A program made the position numbers and the translations under genes. A DNA stretch of 63,582 nt, the filler included, from Octopus bimaculoides (Eukaryota): assembly GCF_001194135.2 (NCBI RefSeq). It is 6 parts of 6 records of this genome, joined end to end, with 100 filler letters (N's around TTAATTAATTAA, not from the genome) between each part and the next. Parts side by side here need not be neighbours in the genome. Positions count along the whole stretch, not along the records: positions 46,305 to 56,638 come from NC_068985.1; positions 56,739 to 60,477 come from NC_068984.1; positions 60,578 to 63,582 come from NC_068983.1; 3 more parts are not named here. The stretch is one strand, 5' to 3'. Below the pieces are notes generated by a model. The model saw nothing but the letters and a program-made list of their open reading frames with translations, ran no database searches and was not told the origin of the DNA. Shown here in pieces: positions 52,243-62,360 of this stretch. The stretch's first letter is position 1. The number at the start of each line of letters is the position of its first letter.

Positions 52243-54108
52243 GTAAGCTCTTGGGTTAAAAAAATACATTAAAAAAAAGTGTTAAGACAAAAAAAATTGC
52301 TTAGAAATAGGTTTTATATCTGAATACATAGAATTTTGATAATTTAATGAGTTAAAGTAATTGTACTTCACACCTTATATAGATTTTCTACTTGAGATTT
52401 TGTAGAGCTTGTTATTATGCTTTGCATATTCTGTATTCAAAAGGATTTCAAATTTCTGTAATTTCTAACACTAGGGTAATTTAGAGATTAAAATTTTTGT
52501 TTTGATTTTTTTTTTCCTTTAATTTTTTTTGATATGATTTTTTTTTTTTGTGATTGTTGTAAGACAATCCGCTCAAGATTAAAGACTTCAACTGAAACTT
52601 TTTATTAGACTTTACAGAATCTGAAAGCAAGTACATAATATAGAAAATACATAGTAACTGAAATCTTAGATGCTTTTAAAAAGCTAATTTCATGATATTT
52701 TGTAGCTAGTTTTAATTTAAAAAAACTGTACTGATTAATCTGAAGCACCATAAAAAGGGTAACATCTGAAACATGTTCTTCAAGGTCTGTATGATTGTGG
52801 AGATTTGGCTGTCTCAAATAATTTATTTTGTTAAAGTAATTTTTTCTTTTATAAAGTATTTGTGTGGGTTTGATTAATAAGCTAGTTGGAGCCAACTTAT
52901 ATAGGTTGTTATACCAAAACTAGGTTTGTGTGTTGTGAATATATGTAGATGTTCATTTTTATGGTAGCTTCCAGGTAAGTCAGGTAAGTTCTCAAACTAT
53001 GGATAATGGAAGTAGACTGCAGAAATGGCCATTTATGCATGATGAGTCACCATTGCCAATCTCTCAAAATCCATTTAGGGAAGGGACCCTCTTCTATCAC
53101 ATTTTTTAGTGCCGTAAGTGAAAAACTTTTTATAATTACTGTTTTCTTCATGTAAATCAGTGCATGTAGTTTATTGATTCATTACGTTAAAAATAAAATA
53201 TGCATACAGAAGGTAAGTAATTGGGGCTTCTGAAGCTGTATGCATTCTTTCTTTGAGATTTTAAATTGTTCTTAAGTTGGGCATTATTTGTTTTATCACT
53301 GATAGTTTTCATATATTTATCTTTATTTCTTTACTCGGAAACAATATTTGATGTTTTCATCAGTCGTCCTAACAGTTGATAGGTTTGTTTGTAGTTTTGA
53401 CTGTTTTAATGAATTTCATGGATTAAGCTTCATTGTTTGAGTTTAATGTTATAAAGGGTAATCATTTGGTTTTTATGCTTGGTTATTTGAGAAATTTTCT
53501 AGTTTCGTTTTAAATCTTTGCTCTGTCATTTCTTTGAGTACTAGTATTTAGTTATTTCTCCTCTACCTCAGGAAGCAATTATACTTTTCATTATATGAGA
53601 TTTTATGTTTTGTGTTAGAAATTGTATGCATTGGTAAGTATATTTTCTTAGAATACATAAATTTTACAGCTTCTAAGATGTAGTGTTTTTTGATCTTTAT
53701 GGCAGTGTTAGGTTTTAACTTTTTGGTTTAAATATATCTGAGAGGTTTTCAGTTTTTCTATCTGATCTATACATGTTAACAACTCTTGATCTTATATATC
53801 TACTATTAATAATTTTGCTTTGGTTTCCTTAAAAGCTCTGTTAATATTTCATGAAGCTACATTTGTGAAAATTTTAGCAAGCTTAACCAACAGTTCTACC
53901 AGATTTTCTACTTCTTGTATTCTGCTGTATTCTATTGTATTACATTGATCTGGTTTGGCTATTTACTGTGACCATTAATGGATGCAGACTATCACAGAAG
54001 CTGTAAATATATACCTCCATTTCATTTTGCATGAATCCTTACGCACCTAGCTATGCTAGGACTTTGTTGTTTTCAATAATAGTATTATTAATTTATTCAT
54101 TTCACCAG

Positions 54109-54210
54109 CTGCTTACAAACATGCTGATGGTAGAAAGATTGATGGGCGCAGAGTACTTGTTGATGTTGAAAGGGGACGTACAGTTAAGGGATGGCGGCCA
54201 CGTCGACTAG
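54109..54210 (+). CDS. SNRNP70: U1-70K coding exon, equivalent to vertebrate exon 8; 102 nt
   Basis: CACCAG|CT...CTAG|GTTCGT; encodes (S)[33 protein letters not shown](G). Confidence 0.97.
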   Translation: MLTNMLMVERLMGAEYLLMLKGDVQLRDGGHVD

Positions 54211-54298
54211 GTTCGTATAATTTTATTTAGAGAGCAAATCACTGTTTTATATCGATTCATGAAATTAATTTTCCCTTTTCGTTTTCAATATACTGTAG

Positions 54299-54386
54299 GT
54301 GGTGGTCTAGGCGGTACCAGAAAAGGTGGGCCAGAAGAAAATACAAGGTTTTCTGGTAGAGATGAGTTTAATCCTGGTCGAGATGG
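54299..54386 (+). CDS. SNRNP70: U1-70K coding exon, equivalent to vertebrate exon 9; 88 nt
   Basis: CTGTAG|GT...GATGG|GTGAGT; encodes (G)GGLGGTRKGGPEENTRFSGRDEFNPGRD(G). Confidence 0.95.
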
Positions 54387-54689
54387 GTGAGTTCTATTTG
54401 TTCATAATTTGTTTCCTTGTCACTCCCTGTTGAATTTTCTGGTGTCATAGTTACAAAGTTATGTCCTAAATTTTGTTAGCTGTATAATTACCATGTAAAA
54501 TAACTTTTTATCACTTAAAATTACATCAATTTGAACTGGTACTTAATAATACATTTTCATACGATTTTATGGTAAAATTATTCTACTTTACAAAACTTTG
54601 GCTTTTGATAAAATTTATTTGTTTTTTGTTTTTGTTTTTTCTTTTGCATGAGTCTGAAAATTTATTTCATTTCTCTTTCATGTGCATAG

Positions 54690-54919
54690 TTACCGAGATG
54701 AACGCACTGGTCGAGAAAGATCTCGCAGTCGAGAAAGAGATCGTGCTGGAGGTGCTGGTGGTGGTGCTGGTATTGGTGGCAGTGGTGGTGGGGCTGGTAG
54801 ACGGAGGAGCAGGAGTAGAGAGAGGAGGAGGAGTAGGAGCAGAGAAAGAGGAGGCCGTCTTCGAAGCCGCAGCCGTGATCGTAGAAGGAGTAGAGATAGA
54901 GAAGAAAAAGTATCTGAAG
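54690..54919 (+). CDS. SNRNP70: U1-70K RS/RD/RE- and Gly-rich exon; 230 nt
   Basis: GCATAG|T TAC CGA...GAA G|GTATGT; the frame is continuous with both flanking exons. Confidence 0.9.
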
Positions 54920-55214
54920 GTATGTGTATGTATGTGCATGCTATGCATAAAATTAGGTCAATGGTATGTTGGAAGCCTGTCAGATAGACTGTACATGTTA
55001 TTAAAAAATCCAACCTCGTGCTGATTCTGCCTGAGAATTACATTAAGGGTACAAGTGTCTATTCTGTATTAAATATTGCACAGATGAGGAGATGACAAGG
55101 GACCCAAACTTCTGGTGGCTTGCTGTGCTTGAGAAGACGCGACAAGCTAAGTGGTTGTTCTAGCATGCAGGCATGTCCCCTGCATCCCTCTTCAGCTGAG
55201 TGATCCTAATCTTG

Positions 55215-55460
55215 AGGGCTCGTGGGTGCTGTAAACCCATAAAAAGCACATGTGCTGGTGCCATATCAAAGCATGCATGCTGATGCTGCGTAAAAACACC
55301 CAGTTCCTTCTGTAAAGTGGTTGGCATTAGGAAGAGCATCCAGCCATAGAAACTATGCCAAAACAGACATGGAGCCCTTGCAGCTCTTAAGCTGGCCAGT
55401 TCCTGTCAAACCGTCCTACCTATGCCTTCATGAAAAATGGACATTAAATGATGGTGACTT
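55215..55460 (+). mobile_element. Decayed SINE/RTE-tail fragment inside the last snrnp70 intron
   Basis: TTGGCATTAGGAAGAGCATCCAGCCATAGAAAC...GTCAAACCGTCC...GGACATTAAATGATGG; related tails at 50170-50230 (-) and 27080-27185. Confidence 0.65.
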
Positions 55461-55607
55461 TGTCTGTAATTGAATCAGAAGGTAGTCCAGTTGATTAAAC
55501 TGGAAAGTTTGTCAAAACCAATGACAAATTCATATTGCTGCTTCTTTCTTTTTTTATGTATGCAAAAAATATTGCTTGAACTTTTTTTCTTTTAATGCTT
55601 ACTCTAG

Positions 55608-56035
55608 GAGAAGAAGATATTCGCATAAAAGAACGTAAGCGAAGACGTAGTCGGTCACGAGACCGGCGGCGGAGCAGATCCAGGGAGCGCAAGAGTAGAG
55701 GGAGTCGGAGAAGCCGGAGTCGAGAGCGTCGCAGGTCCAGAGAAAGGGGAAGAGCTGGAGAAAAGCTTGAACCTAATGCTGAATCAGTACCACCACCACC
55801 AGTTCCTGCATATGATGATGAAGCAATGATACATAGAGAAATCAAGCAAGAACCTATTGATCCTGGATATGATATTCACCCAAATTACTCACAAATGGGT
55901 ATAGCTGGAGTACCAAGTGAACAAAATGCTCACTATATGTCAAATGGCGGCCAAGGACCATCACCATCTAATACTCAGTCTTTACCTCCAGATCATCCTT
56001 TGGAGGATAGGTATGAAGATTACAATGAAGACTAG
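55608..56035 (+). CDS. SNRNP70: U1-70K terminal coding exon (second RS block and acidic/Pro-rich tail)
   Basis: ACTCTAG|GA GAA GAA...; phase matches the upstream exon; ends YEDYNED*. Confidence 0.9.
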
Positions 56036-56525
56036 CTGTATTATTAATTTACCTTAATTGAAATGAGTTGTAATGTTGATTCCGTATATTTGTATAACTT
56101 GCTTCAGCTGAACATTTCAGACTGGGCTGTTCATCTGATACCTTCATTCTCTGAATTTTAAATGTCCCTTTATATTTTTCCTGTATCATTTGCCTAATCA
56201 TTCCTTCATGCCTTAACATTAGAAGGTTTCTAATATAAATAACATGATATTGTTTGACAATATCTTTATATCTGAGTGGTAAATATTATTGTTACAGTTT
56301 GTCTTTCATGTAGATTACATTTTAATGCTATTGTTTCTGAGTAAGATGATTAGATAATCTTATACATCTAGAACAGTATTTCTGTCATAAAGCTGGATGT
56401 TAATCTTTTATATATAGTAGAAAGTTGATTTGTACAGCTTTTTTATTAGAAACAAAGAAATATATTAAGCTTTAACTGTTGCGAAGCTAAAGAGTAGGTA
56501 TTTTAAAAGCTGCATGTATAGTTGC

Positions 56526-56556
<31 letters not shown>

Positions 56557-56585
56557 CATACACACACACACACATATATATATAT

Positions 56586-56638
<53 letters not shown>

Positions 56639-56760
56639 NNNNNNNNNNNNNNNNNNNNNNNNNNNNNNNNNNNNNNNNNNNNTTAATTAATTAANNNNNN
56701 NNNNNNNNNNNNNNNNNNNNNNNNNNNNNNNNNNNNNNAAGAAGTCATACAATCTCACGT

Positions 56761-56797
<37 letters not shown>

Positions 56798-56854
56798 AGC
56801 ATTCACGTAAATATTGGCCTATAAACACGTACGCTCTCTTTCACATACATGGAC

Positions 56855-57038
56855 AACGGTTGTTGGCACTCCGTCGCTTACGACGTCGAGGGGTTCCAGT
56901 CGATCCAATCAACGGAACAGCCTGCTCGTGAAATTAATGTGCAAGTGGCTGAGCACTCCACAGACACGTGTACCCTTAACGTAGTTCTCGGGGATATTCA
57001 GCGTGATACACAGAGTGTGACAAGGCTGACCCTTTGAA
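56855..57038 (-). mobile_element. 5'-truncated SINE family C copy
   Basis: Reverse complement of the 3' half of 8490-8880, including the GGAGTGCCAACAAC tail. Confidence 0.85.
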
Positions 57039-57519
57039 ACCGTGCTTTTGTTTTTTATTTTTTTATCATTTATATTTATACTGTTCAGATGACCACTTTA
57101 ACAACCGGTGATGAATTGTTTCCGTCCCTATAACTTAGCGGTTCGACAACAGAGGACTAATAAAATAAGCTTAAAAACTAAATACTAGGGATCCATTAGC
57201 TCCTTCAAGGCAGGGCCCAGCATGGCCGCTTTCCAATCACTAAAAGATGAGAAGCATCTAGAGTACAGAATAGTTTCTTCTGCATGTTCACTACAGCATG
57301 AAAATCGGTTGATAACTTCCATTTCTAGAATGCTACGGGAGATATTAAATACAAACAGTTTTTTTGTTGCTTATATCGGCTAATTCGTCAATTTGTAAAG
57401 CAAAATTCGATTTCTTCACTTCTATCTCTTTTCTTCAATAAAAAAGAAAGAACATGTTTCTAAAAGCTAGAAGAGTTCAATTCTTTTTCTTCAGGCTGTA
57501 ATATTGATTTATAAGTAGT

Positions 57520-58410
57520 ACCAGATTAAATGCCGCTAAGCTTTTTGCTCGGCATTCTAACGATTTTGCCAGCTCGCCGCATTTTCTTCAGACTGTAATA
57601 TTGGTTTCAAATTTTGGCACAACGCTACCAGTCTCGAGGGAGCGGGTAAGTCAATTACATCGACCCCAGTATTTTACTGATACTTATTTTATCAATTCCT
57701 AACATAGTAGAACAGTATTCTTTTCTACGCTAGGCACAAGACTCGAAATTTTGGGGGAGGGGGCCAGTAGATTATATCGATCCCATTACGCAAAGCGTAC
57801 TTAATTTATCGACCCCGAAAGGATGAAAGGCAAAGTCGACCTCGGCGGAATGTAAACTCAGAACGTAAAGACAGACGAAATACCACAAAGCATTTCGCCC
57901 AGCGTGCTAACGTTTCTTATTTCTTCACTGCCCACAAGGGGCTAAGCACAGAGGGGACAAACAAGGACAGACAAACAGATTAAGTCGATTACATCGACCC
58001 CAGTGCGTAAGTGGTACTTAATTTATCGTTCCCGAAAGGATGAAAAGCAAAGTCGACCTCGGCGGAATTTGAACTCAGGACGTAGCGGCAGACGAAATAC
58101 NNNNNNNNNNNNNNNNNNNNNNNNNNNNNNNNNNNNNNNNNNNNNNNNNNNNNNNNNNNNNNNNNNNNNNNNNNNNNNNNNNNNNNNNNNNNNNTTTCGC
58201 CCGGCGTGCTAACGTTTCTGCCAGCTCGCCGCCTCAGTAGAACACAATATTCTTTTCTATTCTAGGCACAAGGCCCGAAATTTTGGGGAAGGGGCCAGTC
58301 GATTACATCGACCCCAGTACGCAACTGGTACTTAATTTATGAACTCCAAAAGGATGAAAGGCAAAGTCGACCTAGGTGGAATTTGAACTCAGAACGTAAC
58401 GGCAGACGAA
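57520..58410 (-). mobile_element. Tandem array of SINE family A copies with mixed tails
   Basis: At least four successive head/body units, interrupted by one gap. Confidence 0.85.
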
Positions 58411-58509
58411 ATAATTTCGAAGAGAAGAGAAGTTTATCATAGTTGGAAAACCTTGATCTCAGTTTTATTCATTAAACAACAGCTGCAGTAAAACAACTGT
58501 AAAACAAAC

Positions 58510-59030
58510 GCTACAACACCACAACCACCTACACCAACTCTAGCAGCAGCAACAACAGCGACAGCGGCATCAATGACAACAGTACCATCACCACCACTAA
58601 TACTACCACCACTGCCACTACCATTACCGCCACCACCACCACCAATACTACCACTACCTCCTCAACCACCACCACCACCACCACCACAATAAATACCACT
58701 ACCAATACCATCTCCACTACCTCCTCAACCACCACTACCACCACCATCACCACAATAAATACCACTACCAATACCATCTCCACTACCACAACCTATAGCT
58801 CCAACACCAACACCAATACTACCACTACCTCCTCAACCACCACCACCACCACAATAAATACCACTGCCAATACCATGTCCACTACCTCCTCAACCACCAT
58901 TACCACCACCATCACCACAATAAATACCACTACCAATACCATTTCCACTACCTCCTCAACCACCACCACCACTACCACCACCACAACTACCACCATAACA
59001 CTACCACACAAAATTATAAAAATACATTGC
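58510..59030. repeat. Complex (ACC/ACT/AAT)-based higher-order repeat
   Basis: Recurrent unit CCACTACCTCCTCAACCACC...ACAATAAATACCACTACCAATACCAT. Confidence 0.85.
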
Positions 59031-59184
59031 GGTACACTTATCGACACCAATAAGACAGTAAATTACACGTGTTAGTCAAGCAACACCTACTTTTCGTCAT
59101 TTCAGTTCAATGAATCTAAAACTGAAATTGTATTCCATAACGATAAATGTCGATTTAAGCAACAACCACGAGAACTATAATAAT

Positions 59185-59594
59185 TCTTTCTTTTCTTTTA
59201 TTTATTTCAGTCATTCGATTGCGGCCATGCTGGAGCACAGCCTTTAGCCGAGCAAATCGACCCGAGGACTTACTCTTTTTAAGCCTAGTACTTATTTTAT
59301 CGGTCTTTTGCCGAACCACTAAGTTACGGGGACGTAAAAACACCAGCATCGGTTGTCAAGCGATGTTGGGGAGACAAACACAGACACACAAACATATACA
59401 CGCACATACATATATATATATATACATATATACGACGGGCTTCTTTCAGTTTCCATCTACCAAATCCACTCACAAGGCTTTGGTCGGCCCGAGGCTATAG
59501 TGGAAGACACTTGCCCAAGGTGCCACGCAGTGGGACTGAATCCGGACCTATGTGGCTGGTAAACAAGCTACTTACCACATAGCCACTCCTGCGC
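59185..59594 (-). mobile_element. Full-length SINE family B
   Basis: Inverse of 7089-7407, extended by the tail GCTCCAGCATGGCCGCAATCGAATGACTGAAATAAATAAAAG. Confidence 0.88.
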
Positions 59595-60115
59595 TAAAAT
59601 AATATTCAAAATGGTATATATGATCGGAAATATAATTTCGAAGTGCTCATGGTGTCATATTGAGGATCTGATCAAAGACTTTGCAATTAAAAGAAGTAGG
59701 AGAAAACTTTTCGACTATAAAGTGGAAAAAATCAATACGAAAATGAACATTATTTTCCATCTGACTGTTGTTAGTTTTGTTCCATTTTGAACAGTAAAAA
59801 TATATTTTATGGTTTATTATTATTTATATATTTTATTACATATATATGGGGCACCAAAATCTTTTAAGTGCTTCGGACCTTTATGAATCTTAATTCGGCC
59901 CTGCACTCACCTTTCAACAAGTTTACTGGCGATGTGGGAGTGGGGAAGGACATCACTGTCATCTTTCTTTTCAAATGGAATTTTAGAAAAAGTCGATGAC
60001 GCCTTGGTCGAAGAGGGAATTGTATGCGATCAGCCCTTATTTTTATGAAATCCTTTGTGTTTATTGTTTAATATCGCGATGCGTTGATGTATCTTGTGCA
60101 GTATTATCATTAAAA

Positions 60116-60477
60116 GTGGAGGCGCAATGGCCCAATGGCCCAATGGTTAGGGCAGCGGACTCGCGGTCATAGGATCGCGGTTTCGATTCCCAGACCGGGC
60201 GTTGTGAGTGTTTATTGAGCGAAAACACCTAAAGCTCCACGAGGCTCCGACAGGGGATGATGGCAAACCCTGCTGTACTCTTCCACCACAACTTTCTCTC
60301 ACTCTTACTTCCTGTTTCTGTTGTGCCTGTAATTCAAAGGGTCAGCCTTGTCACACTGTGTCACGCTGAATGTCTCCGAGAACTACGTTAAGGGTACACG
60401 TGTCTGTGGAGTGCTCAGCCACTTGCACGTTAATTTCACGAGCAGGCTGTTCCGTTGATCGGATCAACTGGAACCCT
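60116..60477 (+). mobile_element. SINE family C copy, cut by a gap
   Basis: Highly similar to 8490-8850; small AATGGCCC duplication in the head. Confidence 0.9.
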
Positions 60478-60801
60478 NNNNNNNNNNNNNNNNNNNNNNN
60501 NNNNNNNNNNNNNNNNNNNNNTTAATTAATTAANNNNNNNNNNNNNNNNNNNNNNNNNNNNNNNNNNNNNNNNNNNNATTTTTTTATTTTTGGTTGGTCT
60601 GTGACAGTCTGTCATGGTTCACTGGTTTTTGGGACTGGTTTTGTGCACATCTCTATGTGTGTGTGTATATATGTGTGTTTGTGTCCGTGTGTGTGGGTGT
60701 GTGGGTGTGTGTGTGTGTGTGTGTGTGTGTGCCGTTTTTATTGGTCCCAGAGTTTATTGTGGAATGTGTATATGAGTGTGTGTTTGAGTGTTTTTTGTGT
60801 C

Positions 60802-60984
60802 GGTGGGGATGTTAGGTGTGTGTACGTGAGACTGTACGCACACATACGTACACACCCTCACACATACATACGGTTGCTCTCTCATACACACACACACACC
60901 ACAAGTACGATCAAAACAACACATACACACTCAGACAAAGAGATATACGCACAGTCTCACGTACACACACCTAACATCCCCACC
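60802..60984. repeat. Perfect 34-bp inverted repeat with 115-bp spacer
   Basis: GGTGGGGATGTTAGGTGTGTGTACGTGAGACTGT (60802-60835) and its reverse complement (60951-60984). Confidence 0.85.
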
Positions 60985-61693
60985 TTAATATCAGAGAATG
61001 TGTGATAATCAGTATGTAACACTACAAAGTTCATACAAAGCTTTATACTTTAAATATATTTTATCATCAAAGAATGTATATATGCATTTTAATACTCAAA
61101 CTGTTNNNNNNNNNNNNNNNNNNNNNNNNNNNNNNNNNNNNNNNNNNNNNNNNNNNNNNNNNNNNNNNNNNNNNNNNNNNNNNNNNNNNNNNNNNNNNNN
61201 NNNNNNNNNNNNNNNNNNNNNNNNNNNNNNNNNNNNNNNNNNNNNNNNNNNNNNNNNNNNNNNNNNNNNNNNNNNNNNNNNNNNNNNNNNNNNNNNNNNN
61301 NNNNNNNNNNNNNNNNNNNNNNNNNNNNNNNNNNNNNNNNNNNNNNNNNNNNNNNNNNNNNNNNNNNNNNNNNNNNNNNNNNNNNNNNNNNNNNNNNNNN
61401 NNNNNNNNNNNNNNNNNNNNNNNNNNNNNNNNNNNNNNNNNNNNNNNNNNNNNNNNNNNNNNNNNNNNNNNNNNNNNNNNNNNNNNNNNNNNNNNNNNNN
61501 NNNNNNNNNNNNNNNNNNNNNNNNNNNNNNNNNNNNNNNNNNNNNNNNNNNNNNNNNNNNNNNNNNNNNNNNNNNNNNNNNNNNNNNNNNNNNNNNNNNN
61601 NNNNNNNNNNNNNNNNNNNNNNNNNNNNNNNNNNNNNNNNNNNNNNNNNNNNNNNNNNNNNNNNNNNNNNNNNCTAACCAATTCTGATGTTTA

Positions 61694-61752
61694 ACAGTAG
61701 ACGCGTTTCTGGATCATGATTGATAATAATCAATTTCCTTCATCAATACTGT
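61694..61752 (-). ncRNA. Type I hammerhead ribozyme motif of the Penelope-associated minimal class, probably mutated
   Basis: Minus strand: ACAGUA UUGAUGA AGGA AAUUGAU-UAUU-AUCAAU CAUGA UCC A GAAA CGCG UC UACUGU. 6-bp stem I and palindromic ACGCGU stem III; C3>U in the core. Confidence 0.7.
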
Positions 61753-62089
61753 ATTCCAGTAGTAAATTTGACTATGCTAGCAAACTGTGTAAGCATGGAC
61801 TAGTAATATTCCACACCGACACAGGTCTGAAAGCATAACCGAATCCACCTCGGTCAGCCAGTCTAACTGTCCTTCCCTCAAGAAATTACCATGTGCGCGA
61901 CAAGTGATATCGCAGAGAATCTGCGTATACTAACTGGGAGTGAATAATTATTACAAATTAAAAGGGTAAAGGATCATCAATTTATTAATTAATAAATCAA
62001 TTAACAATTAACAATTTTTACCAATTTTTACCAACTTTTTTAGCTGCTATAACGTACATAATTTCTCATCTCTTAAATATAGAACTGTA

Positions 62090-62360
62090 TTATATGGGTG
62101 TTGTCTACTCCTTATGCAGAGTCTCACCACCTCCTGTATTTACACATTAGATCTATCATGGCATCTGATGTGACTTTTTAAACCAGACAATGTTTTGAAA
62201 AGACAACCACATAGATTGCATATCTGATTTGAACCAGCAAGAACTGCAGTTAAGTTCTGATCTTTGTGGATCTTAAAATGTCTTTTGAAGCCTCTGTTAG
62301 ATTTGCAGACCTTCTGGCATACAATGCATTGAAAGGTGTGCACAAATATTTTATTTCTAA
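62090..62360 (-). mobile_element. Probable RTE-clade LINE 3' end with two C2H2 fingers
   Basis: CIVCQKVCKSNRGFKRHFKIH and CNLCGCLFKTLSGLKSHIRCH, then a stop and a short 3' UTR. The S/T-x-x-G-L/F-x-S/R-H pattern is typical of RTE C-termini; there is no TGEKP linker. Confidence 0.55.

Noticed and set aside
54569-55845. Alternative-frame and antisense ORFs over snrnp70 (54569-55024 +, 54667-54948 -, 54690-55013 -, 55495-55845 -)
   Set aside because: Shadow ORFs of the low-complexity RS-coding exons.
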